Shown here: in pieces, positions 18,228-26,532 of the stretch | Layout of the letters: every line of letters starts with the position of its first letter | Numbering within the stretch: the stretch's first letter is position 1 | Source of the DNA: a virus | Length of the DNA stretch: 64,000 bases | Reading direction: 5' to 3' (one strand) | Virus record (IMG/VR): IMGVR_UViG_3300036770_005214 | Span: 1 to 64,000 of that record | Position numbers and translations under genes: made by a program | The notes under the pieces: generated by a model | Told to the model about the DNA's origin: nothing | What the model saw: only the letters and a program-made list of their open reading frames with translations | The model's database searches: none

Positions 18228-18496
18228 TAGCGCACGTCGCGAGGGAGCGGATGGGGCCACGGCGCGACGTCAACGATCGCAGCACGCGAGACGATGCACT
18301 GACCCGGGTAGGGCTCGACCTCGGCGAGACGGCCCGTGGAGAGGGCTTCCGACCAGCGCCCCGTATCCGCGATCCAGGCGGCCTCGGAGAGGACAAGCTC
18401 GCCCGGGAGCACTCGTTCGAGGCGTCCGGTGTAGTACATGGTCACGGTGCGGATTATGTAGGCTTGGCCTACGACGTAGGGATGATCTGCGGACAT
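18227..18496 (-). CDS. Small beta-rich protein, predicted Sm/LSm-like fold
   Basis: AAGGAG RBS. GQAYIIRTVTMYYTGRL...ELVLSEAAWI...GQCIVSRAAIVDV resembles the Sm1 and Sm2 motifs; the fold is an inference. Confidence 0.6.
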   Translation of the reverse strand: MSADHPYVVGQAYIIRTVTMYYTGRLERVLPGELVLSEAAWIADTGRWSEALSTGRLAEVEPYPGQCIVSRAAIVDVAPWPHPLPRDVR

Positions 18497-18538
18497 GGCT
18501 GGCTCCTTGTTGGTGAGAGTGATCATGGGGGTAGGGGG

Positions 18539-18754
18539 TTAGCGCGACAGGCCGTAGACGCGGTGGCCGTCTTGCCAGCGGATCTTGCTGGCCTCACGGT
18601 CCGTCAGCACGCGGACCGGCAGGGATCCGACCGCGGGGTGCTGGTCGCGGATCTCCTGGGATCGGGCGCTGGCCCACTCCTCCCCTTCCGTGCGAGTCTT
18701 GACGCGGCACCAGTCGTGATGGGTGGAGCCGTGGATACCGACGATGGCGAGCAT
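18539..18754 (-). CDS. Small hypothetical protein
   Basis: AGGAG RBS before ATG 18754. Confidence 0.55.
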   Translation of the reverse strand: MLAIVGIHGSTHHDWCRVKTRTEGEEWASARSQEIRDQHPAVGSLPVRVLTDREASKIRWQDGHRVYGLSR

Positions 18755-18789
18755 GAGATCTCCTGCGAGAGGTGTGTTGCGCTGACTGA

Positions 18790-19041
18790 CTAGTACGATT
18801 CGACGATGTTCTGGTGGCAAAGGCCCTTCCCGCCCCGCTGGATATAGGCCGTACCGAGGTTCGAGTATTGGGCGACGTAGATCCGGTGCGTCTTGCTCCC
18901 CACCCGCACCACCCAGGGGGTCGGGATCTTCCCGCCGTAGCCGGACGCGGTGTAGGAGAGGCCTTTTTCGTGCCACCACAAGGGACGGTAGGTGGCGGAG
19001 AGGGACTGCCCCTCGATCTGAACCTGACGGGTGGTGGACAC
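18790..19041 (-). CDS. Small phage protein (TASGYGxKIPT motif)
   Basis: AGGAGG RBS, GTG 19041. First gene after promoter-repeat copy 3. Confidence 0.65.
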   Translation of the reverse strand: MSTTRQVQIEGQSLSATYRPLWWHEKGLSYTASGYGGKIPTPWVVRVGSKTHRIYVAQYSNLGTAYIQRGGKGLCHQNIVESY

Positions 19042-19067
19042 GGGGACCTCCTGGGGGTTGCCGGCTC

Positions 19068-19147
19068 GGCATCTTCGCCGCCGGTGACTCACTGGTATCT
19101 CGGTCTCCCCGCACCGTCAACCATAAAGGGGCAGATACCGTGAAAGG
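19068..19147 (-). promoter_or_regulatory. Early promoter plus leader hairpin, repeat copy 3 (divergent)
   Basis: TTGACG (19120-19115), 17-bp spacer, TACCAG (19097-19092). The hairpin is kept with a different loop. Confidence 0.7.
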
Positions 19148-19513
19148 CTAGGTTTGACCGTCAATCCCCCTGGCCGGCTCGGCGCCTTGGGGGACGCTGG
19201 GCGGGGGTCCTCCAGGGGGCGCCCTCACGGGGGCGGGGCCAGCCTTGAAGGGGGCATGGGGGGTAAGGGTCGCCAGGGCTTCCAGGATGGGAAGGTGGCA
19301 GCGGGTACAAGCCCCGACCCCCTTGGGGGCTCCGACGGCGGAGATCATCCGAATCTCCCCCACCTCGACCCCTTGGGCCTCGCCGCACCGAACACACCGC
19401 GGGGCTCCCAAGCGGGTGCGCCACTGGTGAGGCGTGGTCCCCTGCGCGAGCGCGTAGGCGAGGCGTTGGTCCCACATGGGCAGGGGAGTTCGCCGGACGT
19501 AACGGACGGACAC
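19148..19513 (-). CDS. Hypothetical Zn-finger-like protein
   Basis: CVRC and CTRC pairs, AGGAGG RBS and its own promoter TTGCGC-17-TACCGG. Confidence 0.5.
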   Translation of the reverse strand: MSVRYVRRTPLPMWDQRLAYALAQGTTPHQWRTRLGAPRCVRCGEAQGVEVGEIRMISAVGAPKGVGACTRCHLPILEALATLTPHAPFKAGPAPVRAPPGGPPPSVPQGAEPARGIDGQT

Positions 19514-19573
19514 GGGGGCACCTCCTGCCTACCGGTAGCCCGGTGGGCTCTAGTGCGCAACCCCCTGGCCCCC

Positions 19574-19602
19574 TTGACACGCGAGGGCCGCTCGACTACA
19601 AC
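19574..19602 (+). promoter_or_regulatory. Sigma70-like promoter of the candidate ncRNA
   Basis: TTGACA (19574-79), 17-bp spacer, TACAAC (19597-602). No RBS-led ORF follows. Confidence 0.7.
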
Positions 19603-19608
19603 AGGGAG

Positions 19609-20198
19609 GTCGGAGGGCCCGGAAGGCCCCGAGACGAGACCGGGCTAGGTAGCCGCATCGGGTGAACCCGCTGAAAGGCGCCTAGCAGGCTTTGACATTC
19701 AGGAGCACTTGTCCGCTAGAAGTAAGCCGTCAGTATCTGTTGTCAGACGGATGCCAGTCTGCAATCGGCTCTGGGGCCGTAGGCATCACCAACGAACACG
19801 ACTACGAACACAACTACAAACTAGGTCAGAGAAGGCGGAAGAAACTGGAATCCAAGTGCTCGGGATGAAAGGGGAAGGCTAGAGAGTCAATCTGCAACTC
19901 AACGTGAAAGCAGCGCGCAGAGTCGCCACAAGACCGAGGCCAAGGTCGACCACCAACACACGAACATCACTACACCAAGAACCAGACCGCGGCCGAAAAA
20001 CACGACTACGAACACGACTACGAACACAACCAAGACGAAGCGCAACGTCGACACGAAGCTCCCACGGCAGGGCCGGTGGATGTGAGCAACGAGAAGCAGT
20101 ATCCGAGGATAGTACCCGATTAGTTCCAAACTGAAGGTCAGGGGAGGCGCATACCTAGACGCGGCCCAAACAGGGTCTAGGGGCTCTCACATTTTTTT
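19609..20198 (+). ncRNA. Candidate large structured non-coding RNA (about 590 nt), family unknown
   Basis: Own promoter, pairing between the 5' and 3' ends, nested internal stems, A/C-rich repeat loops and a terminal T7 run. Lower GC than the flanking genes and no credible ORF. Confidence 0.6.
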
Positions 20199-20390
20199 GC
20201 CTCACCGGAAAACCGATGGGGACGCTGCGGCGGCGACGTCGTTAGCGCGGGGAAACTCGCGAGCGTTCTACGGGGGTCCTGGGGCGGATCGAATCGGAAG
20301 CGTTCAGGGGCGTTTCTTGGGGTGTAAAGCTCTGTCTCGAAATGTGCAACTTTCTGCATACTCGACGTGGGGCTCCATAACCCAACGCCA

Positions 20391-20490
20391 ACTAACATAA
20401 AGAGAAGAAATATATGCTTATTCCTTATACTATTACTTGCAGCTTAGAAGTGACCTTAAGAAAGTGACCTACTTGGTTTGCTTCCTAGCG
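20391..20490. other. AT-rich island, putative replication origin
   Basis: Most AT-rich stretch in the window. AAGTGACCT direct repeat at 20448 and 20462. Lies at the strand switch upstream of the replication genes. Confidence 0.45.
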
Positions 20491-20636
20491 CCCGCGCGCG
20501 ACTATTAGGTCGACCTCCGGGGCGCAAGTAAATGTAACAACTTTCCCTAGCTGCGATCGCACGGTCTTTACATCTCCTTGACACTTGGGAACGCGCTTGA
20601 CCCCCAGGGCTACATGCGCTAAATACGCTGCGGAAG

Positions 20637-22829
20637 GTGAACCGGATGCTTCGCGACTTCTCCCGCGACGTCACTACAGGACTGCCGCGTGCAGCGCGTC
20701 AGTTCTACCAAGCGGTGAGTTCCGCCACGCGCGGTTTCGACCTTGAACAACTGCTCGGCGTGCGTTGGTCTGACATTCGGCTCCTGGGGCTGTCTCACTT
20801 TGCGGACGTCAGAGGCATCCGCGGCCCGGTGAAGCTCCTCCCCGAGTGCGCCACGGACCTGGAGCGGTGGTCGCGGGTCGCGTTGGACCCTCTCGGTCGC
20901 CTCGTCCCGGTCGAGCGGCCTCCACGCGCCTACGTCTTCGGGCTCCCGGGCACAGAGGAGCCCATGCCCCGCTGGTTGCTCAACTGGCTGCTCCACGAGG
21001 TCCGGTTCCCAGGCGTCATCGACCACCGGCGCATCCTCAGCGCCCTGTCCTCGACGCTCATGTGGCATCCGACGGTCACCGCCGCGGGGCTCCAGTACGA
21101 GGCCTTCGTGGGCGCCTACGGGGGCACGACGCCCGTGCCTCCCGCCTTCGAGGAGTACCTACGCGAGATGCCCTTCCTGGCGCCGAAGGACCGGATCCGC
21201 GTCTACCGCATCCGCTCGTGGGCCCGGGAGTTCGGCCCGGTCGCGCTGCCGCCCACCGACCCGATTGTCTACTCGTGGTCGTTCGGGCGCAGCCACCAGG
21301 AGTCCCAGGTCATCGCGCTGCGGGAGATCTGGACGGGCTGGCGAGCCTACATGCAGCGCCGGTACAACATCGCCATCCCCGCGCTGCCCGGCTGGCCCTC
21401 CAACGTGATCGAGGCGTACCGGACCCTCGGGCAGCCCGACAAGTGGACCGAGAAGCTGCTATTCGACCCCTCGCCGGCCGCGGAGACGCTGCGGGGCTGG
21501 GCGAGCGCCGACGGGCGGGTGACCCTGCGCATGGGCATGACCACACTCCCCCGCTACGCCGGCTGCGCCAGTCGGGCGGTCAACTTCCGGGAGCGGATGG
21601 TCCTGCTGGAGCACCCCTGGGACTGCCAGGAGCCCTCCCGCCTCTCCGAAGGCCCGAACGGCTGGCTCGCCCTGCGCGAGCTTCCGCACTACCCCCGCGA
21701 GGCCTTGGAGTCGCGCCGCGGCCCCCTGCGCATGAGCGCCGAAGAGCCGCCGCTCCCCGTGATGGAGGACATCGAGACCGAGCCGGCCCTCGCGCCGGAC
21801 GAGTTCGAGGCGCTGCTGGAGAAGCACTGGAACCAGAACCGGCCGCCCACGCCGAAGCACCTGCCCCCGAGCGGCCTCACCGAAGAGCCCGCCGAGACCG
21901 AACACGTCGAGATCCGAGTCCCCCAGGTCATCGGCAAAGAGGTCCTGGCTTACGCCCGCGCCTGCCTCTCCGCCTACGGCACCCGCTACTACCCGCCGCC
22001 CTTCGAGGCTCCGCCCGGAAGCATCCCGGCCAACTCCAAGGCACCCCGCATCCAGCCCGACCCCCCCAAGGTCGACCGCGTGGCCCCCGACCCGTTCCAC
22101 GGGATTCGCGCAAAACAGCCCCAGGAAGACGTCGCGCAGCCCTACCCCTGGTCCGACCAGCCCCCCGCTACTCGGAAGCCTAAGAAAGGCAAACAGGGGC
22201 CTTCCGCGAAGCCTCCGAATAACCAAGCTACAAAGCCTACCGAACCGATCAAGCTCAAGCAGCCCCCCGGAAAACCCTCGATCGAACTCGACACCATCGA
22301 ACCCGACCACACACCCGCACCCGAGCCCGCACCCGAGCCTCCCCCCGAGCCCGAGACCACCCCCGAGACCACCCCCGATCCCGAAGCCAAGTCGGGCGTT
22401 TCCCACCTGCTACCGGAAGTGTTCGACTCCGAGGAACGCGAAGACGTCCGCGGTGTTGCTCTCGATCCGGTCGCGGACCCCGACAGCTACAAGTCGACAG
22501 AATGGCCAGAAGCTCCCAAGGTCAGTGCTCGCGATGCGGTGCGCGATCGCTGGGTTCGGGAGTCCTGGCTGTGGGCGTTCGGTCGGAAGCCCGGCGTCCC
22601 CAACCCCTATGACCTTGAAGCCGAAGAGTGGCCGGAGACCTATCCGCGCTTCCGCAACGGCTTCCGCGTCCCGCCGGACTGGCTGGGGCGGCTCTCCCTT
22701 CGCTGGCGTCAGTTTGGCCTGTTCACGGAGGAGGACGAGGAGATCCCCGGCCTCCGTGAGTACGCCATGCTGATCGATCCATGGCGAAAAGAGGCGGTCG
22801 AGGAGTGGGATCGCGAGTCCGACCGCTGA
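20637..22829 (+). CDS. Large hypothetical protein (730 aa) with Pro/Glu-rich linker
   Basis: Long ORF with promoter TTGACC-17-TAAATA (20597-20625). No recognisable catalytic motif. Confidence 0.7.
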   Translation: MNRMLRDFSRDVTTGLPRAARQFYQAVSSATRGFDLEQLLGVRWSDIRLLGLSHFADVRGIRGPVKLLPECATDLERWSRVALDPLGRLVPVERPPRAYVFGLPGTEEPMPRWLLNWLLHEVRFPGVIDHRRILSALSSTLMWHPTVTAAGLQYEAFVGAYGGTTPVPPAFEEYLREMPFLAPKDRIRVYRIRSWAREFGPVALPPTDPIVYSWSFGRSHQESQVIALREIWTGWRAYMQRRYNIAIPALPGWPSNVIEAYRTLGQPDKWTEKLLFDPSPAAETLRGWASADGRVTLRMGMTTLPRYAGCASRAVNFRERMVLLEHPWDCQEPSRLSEGPNGWLALRELPHYPREALESRRGPLRMSAEEPPLPVMEDIETEPALAPDEFEALLEKHWNQNRPPTPKHLPPSGLTEEPAETEHVEIRVPQVIGKEVLAYARACLSAYGTRYYPPPFEAPPGSIPANSKAPRIQPDPPKVDRVAPDPFHGIRAKQPQEDVAQPYPWSDQPPATRKPKKGKQGPSAKPPNNQATKPTEPIKLKQPPGKPSIELDTIEPDHTPAPEPAPEPPPEPETTPETTPDPEAKSGVSHLLPEVFDSEEREDVRGVALDPVADPDSYKSTEWPEAPKVSARDAVRDRWVRESWLWAFGRKPGVPNPYDLEAEEWPETYPRFRNGFRVPPDWLGRLSLRWRQFGLFTEEDEEIPGLREYAMLIDPWRKEAVEEWDRESDR

Positions 22830-22902
22830 CCCCATGGACGGCTTGTAGCCCTTACGTTACCCTCCTGCCACAACCCCTAGCGCCGCCTGAGCTTGGGAAC
22901 CC

Positions 22903-24384
22903 ATGACTGACTCCTTCTCCCCTGACGGGGTAGTATACCGTCGGGACGACCCCTATCGCCCCAACCCCACCTCGATGCTGTGGAACATCGTCCCTCCCGA
23001 GGGCGTGCTTTCACCCCCTGACGTAGAGCCTGCCGTCCGAGATATGCTGCCCTCTTCGGGCTCCATGAGAGGCTTTGTCGAGTGGTCGCACATGACCTCC
23101 GATGCGCCCTCGATCTACGCCCTGGCCGGCTGGCTGACCGCTGTCAGCACGGCGCTGCCCCTCGACGTGAAGGTGATGGGCCCCGGTGGCGTCCCGGTCC
23201 GGCCCAACCTGTTCACGATGATCACTGGCCCTGCGGGTAACGGGCGCAAGACGTTCACGATCAACCGTCTTCGCTCCTACATGCACGCCAAGTTCGCCGG
23301 CCGCATCCTCCCCAACCCCGGATCGACGGCGGGTCTGGCGCTGGCGCTCGTCGAGCTTGAGTCGCTGTTCCCCGGCATCATCATCGACTCCGACCTCTCC
23401 CGCTTCCTGCAAGCCTCGCAGGGGTTCGGCTACCTCGCCAACCTCAAGCAAGCCTTGAACACGGCCTTCGACGCGGAGCCCATCTCCGATAAGATCCGCA
23501 AAGAGGACGTCCGGGTCACCACCTACAGCCTCTCCTTCCTCGCCGGCGTCAACCGCGAGCAGCTTGAGCAGTTCGCTGACCCGCTCGACTTCACCGGCGG
23601 CTTCCTGTCCCGCTGGCTGATGATCGACGCGACCCGCGCCCGCTACCTGCCGCCGACCGGAACCGGTCTGTCCAACGACACCATCGCCCGCGGTGAAGCC
23701 TACTTCACCGAAGAGCTTGGGAAGCGTCAGATGGTCCCGCCGGGGATCTACACGTTCTCGCGAGACGCCGGCAAGCTGGCTGACCTGTGGTCGCAGCGGA
23801 CGGAGGCGTATCAGACGCACCTCGTGACCCAGTACGGGCGCCTCGCCGAGCGGTATCGGTCGCTGTACGGTCGCGTGCCGATGCTGCTCGTGCGCCTCGC
23901 CACCCTGTATGCGGTCGACCGTTGGACGGACGCCCCGATGGTCCGCCGCATGATCGAGGTCGAGGACGTCACGCGAGCCATCTCGCTGCTCTCCTACCAC
24001 CTCTACTCCGCCCACGGCATCTACGACTTTGTGGAGCCGAACCGCGACATGCGCGACCGCCGGAAGATTCTGGAGGTCATCCCGTTCTGGGCTCCGACCG
24101 CTCCGGGCGTGACCGAGGGCGAGATCTGCCGGGTCGCTCGGATGCTGCGCCGTCAGACCGCCCCCATCCTGGAGACCCTGGTGCTGGAAGGCACGGTGTT
24201 GAAGAACGTCGGCACCGGCAACGGCTACCTGTACGCCCGCACGACCACCACCAAGGCGATCCACGCCCCGAAGCGCGACGAGATGATCGGCCCCGTGGTC
24301 CGCCCGAGCAAGATGGTCAAGAAGCCCTCCGTCTGGGAGCTTCACATGGATGGCACCGTCACCGACGGACCGGATGGCGACTGA
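22903..24384 (+). CDS. DUF3987/YfjI-like ATPase (primase-associated helicase-like)
   Basis: RPNLFTMITGPAGNGRKT, PGSTAGL, GGFLSRWL and a winged-helix-like C-terminus. Confidence 0.7.
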   Translation: MTDSFSPDGVVYRRDDPYRPNPTSMLWNIVPPEGVLSPPDVEPAVRDMLPSSGSMRGFVEWSHMTSDAPSIYALAGWLTAVSTALPLDVKVMGPGGVPVRPNLFTMITGPAGNGRKTFTINRLRSYMHAKFAGRILPNPGSTAGLALALVELESLFPGIIIDSDLSRFLQASQGFGYLANLKQALNTAFDAEPISDKIRKEDVRVTTYSLSFLAGVNREQLEQFADPLDFTGGFLSRWLMIDATRARYLPPTGTGLSNDTIARGEAYFTEELGKRQMVPPGIYTFSRDAGKLADLWSQRTEAYQTHLVTQYGRLAERYRSLYGRVPMLLVRLATLYAVDRWTDAPMVRRMIEVEDVTRAISLLSYHLYSAHGIYDFVEPNRDMRDRRKILEVIPFWAPTAPGVTEGEICRVARMLRRQTAPILETLVLEGTVLKNVGTGNGYLYARTTTTKAIHAPKRDEMIGPVVRPSKMVKKPSVWELHMDGTVTDGPDGD

Positions 24385-24454
24385 AGGGGGAAAGGGGTAG
24401 GGGGGTGACGAGGCGATCCGTTTCGGGTTAGCCTCCCGCCCAAGGGGGTCCAGC

Positions 24455-24811
24455 GTGGCGCTCGTGCGTATCGGGAACATCTACGGCGGGCGCCGCGTCC
24501 TCTCGGCGCCGGAAGCGGAGTATACGCACGACTTGGACGCCCTAGAGGCTCGGGACGCGCAGACCGGCGAGGTCATCCAGGGGGCCATCATCGGCCACCG
24601 CCAGCAGGTGCAGGCCCACACGGGCGCGCTCCAGATGACCCACACGATCGATAGCAAGTCGCTGAACCAACTGACGGGCATCCTTCAGAACATGCGCGCC
24701 GAGCGGACCCGGACCATCCTCATGGTGGCGGCCATCGCGGCGGCGCTGATCTGGTGGTGGGGCCAGCAGAAGAAGGCCCCTGCCCGCCGCCGCGCCAAGG
24801 CCAAAAAGTAG
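24455..24811 (+). CDS. Hypothetical protein with C-terminal TM helix and basic tail
   Basis: ILMVAAIAAALIWWWG followed by QQKKAPARRRAKAKK. Confidence 0.6.
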   Translation: MALVRIGNIYGGRRVLSAPEAEYTHDLDALEARDAQTGEVIQGAIIGHRQQVQAHTGALQMTHTIDSKSLNQLTGILQNMRAERTRTILMVAAIAAALIWWWGQQKKAPARRRAKAKK

Positions 24812-24849
24812 AAGGGCTCGGACGGGTGCCTGTTCCCGCCGAGCCCTTC
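24811..24849. terminator. Hairpin between convergent operons
   Basis: GAAGGGCTCGG / CCGAGCCCTTC 11-bp inverted repeat right after the stop. No clear U tract. Confidence 0.5.
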
Positions 24850-25037
24850 GCGCCGGATCGTGTTGCGCACCCACACCGTAGCATGGGTGTCGCAGGGGTG
24901 CAAGTGTCCCCGATACGACTTCCTGCTACCGACTCCCCCTCGGGGGCATCACGCCCCCACCACACGCCCCCGAAGGATGCGCAGGCTAGCCCGGTAGCCG
25001 AGCCACGACGCCGCTAGCAGCGCCACCACCCCGGCGG

Positions 25038-25334
25038 TCACTTGCCACCCCCCAGGCCCAAGATGGCCCGCACACACTCGTCCTGCGCCCGCTCCGCCCG
25101 CGTCAACACCTGACCCGCCAAGGCTACCGAGTCGGCGATCGCCCCCTCCGACGTCGTAGCCCGCAGGTCCACCACGGCCTCTCCCCCGCGGTGCGCCACC
25201 GTCAGGTGGCCGAGCAGCCTACGCAGGACGATCCGGCAGTCCGAGTTCGCGTCGTGCAAGGCTTCCATCGTCCGCTTCACCCGCTGCGGGTCTTCCTCGA
25301 TCCCCCTGGGGACGCACGAGATAGGCTCACTCAC
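25038..25334 (-). CDS. Hypothetical protein
   Basis: GTGA-coupled to the upstream gene. Confidence 0.55.
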   Translation of the reverse strand: MSEPISCVPRGIEEDPQRVKRTMEALHDANSDCRIVLRRLLGHLTVAHRGGEAVVDLRATTSEGAIADSVALAGQVLTRAERAQDECVRAILGLGGGK

Positions 25335-25834
25335 TGGACACCCCCTTCCAAGCAGTCGAGTTCATCATCGTAGGCGAGCCGGGTATCCCCGGTCTCTGTC
25401 TCTTTGACCACCACGAATGGCCAATCTCCGCTCACGCCGACGTTGTACCCGAGCACAACCCCGAAGCCCGAAAACCTATCGTCGTGATCCTTCACCGCGC
25501 CCGCACGGCTCCCCTTCACCAAGCTCCCGACCGGCAGCCGCCGGCTGACATCCTTCAGCCATGCGGCCTTCTTCGCGGGCGACTCCTGTAGGCAAGAGTC
25601 ATCCTCCCCTGGCGGTAGTGCCGACGCCATCGCACCGATCAGCGCGTCCGCTTGCCGCAGGTCGGCGGCGTACTGCCGTTCGCCCTGCACCTGGGCCCGT
25701 CCGTGCTCTACCCCCAGGGAGTAGGCGCGCTCAAAGAGGGCGTCTAGCCCCAGCCTCTCGATCACAAGGGGCGTCAGCCACGCGGGCACGCCGATCGCTT
25801 GCAACAACTGCTCCGAGTCATGGATGATGGACAC
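25331..25834 (-). CDS. Hypothetical protein (possible C-terminal SH3/KOW-like barrel)
   Basis: AAGGAGG RBS before the GTG start. Confidence 0.6.
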   Translation of the reverse strand: MSIIHDSEQLLQAIGVPAWLTPLVIERLGLDALFERAYSLGVEHGRAQVQGERQYAADLRQADALIGAMASALPPGEDDSCLQESPAKKAAWLKDVSRRLPVGSLVKGSRAGAVKDHDDRFSGFGVVLGYNVGVSGDWPFVVVKETETGDTRLAYDDELDCLEGGVQ

Positions 25835-25884
25835 TGGGAACCTCCTTTCCGCCAGCTTCCGCCGGCGGGCTAGTCGAGTGTGAA

Positions 25885-26343
25885 TCAGGCCACGGTCAGG
25901 CGGGCGGTGGCGCAGCGATACCGCTTGCCCGCGGCGTCAGCGATCAGCCATTGGGTCGCGCTATGGCGACCCTCCACCGTGTAGACAGCCCGCGAGCCGT
26001 CGACCCTGACCTGAGACCCGGGAGCGAAAACCGCCTTCTTCGCGGCCTTAGCCGCCAGGACCTTGGACCGCCATTCGGCGTTAGGGGCGCCCGTTGCCGC
26101 CTTCAAGATCTTGTCCGGCACGTCGTAGTAGCAAGGGCCCATATCCTCGGAGATCGCCTTGCGGCTCCATTCGCCGCCCCGACCCTCGATCAGCACGAGG
26201 ACGGCCATCGACCCCACAGACGTCTCGATCACGCCCCACAGGTGGTTGCCCACCAGGGAGTGTGCGGTGAGCTTGTACTCCCGGATCGACGCGTCCACCA
26301 CATCCGCCTTGCTACGCCAGTCCAAGCAGCTATCCCAACCCAT
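25885..26343 (-). CDS. DUF6927-like mobile-element protein
   Basis: MGW...KAISEDMGPCYYDVPDKIL...AEWRSKV resembles that family. GAGGAGG RBS; follows promoter-repeat copy 4. Confidence 0.6.
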   Translation of the reverse strand: MGWDSCLDWRSKADVVDASIREYKLTAHSLVGNHLWGVIETSVGSMAVLVLIEGRGGEWSRKAISEDMGPCYYDVPDKILKAATGAPNAEWRSKVLAAKAAKKAVFAPGSQVRVDGSRAVYTVEGRHSATQWLIADAAGKRYRCATARLTVA

Positions 26344-26362
26344 GTGAACCTCCTCGCCGGCC

Positions 26363-26419
26363 GGGCACCGTTGCCGCCGGCACTGTCTCTGTATCTCGGG
26401 GGGGCCGGACCGTCAACCA
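26363..26419 (-). promoter_or_regulatory. Early promoter plus leader hairpin, repeat copy 4
   Basis: TTGACG (26416-26411), 17-bp spacer, TACAGA (26393-26388). Same leader as copies 1 and 2. Confidence 0.75.
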
Positions 26420-26491
26420 ACAGTTTCCACTATTTCCTAAAAGGTAGGTTAGACCGTACTTTCCGCCTACCTCTCCCGGCCCCTCCTGCCT

Positions 26492-26532
26492 GCCCAGCCG
26501 ACCGCCCAGCCGACCGCCCAGCCGACCGCCCA
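26492..26532. repeat. 12-bp tandem repeat GCCCAGCCGACC x3.4
   Basis: Exact tandem copies in intergenic DNA. Confidence 0.9.

Noticed and set aside
17972-18793. Plus-strand Thr-rich 273-aa ORF and the minus-strand GR-repeat and poly-Val frames
   Set aside because: These are alternative readings of the same hexamer repeat. Only the Ser-X frames have SD sequences and exact start/stop coupling.
14849-19147. Dispersed repeats as a CRISPR array or integron attC cassette array
   Set aside because: Spacing is irregular and gene-sized, and there is no cas operon or integrase in the window. The repeats are better explained as promoters, hairpins and RBS leaders.
19792-20031. DGR template/variable repeat pair with the Ser-X region
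   Set aside because: No reverse transcriptase or Avd gene is in the window. The match is only hexamer-level, is not limited to adenines, and is antisense to the coding strand.
19609-20198. tmRNA, RNase P or self-splicing intron; short ORFs 19899-20129 and 19904-20134
   Set aside because: No tRNA-like ends, P4 consensus or intron core motifs were recognised. The short ORFs lack an RBS and are low-complexity readings of the repeats.
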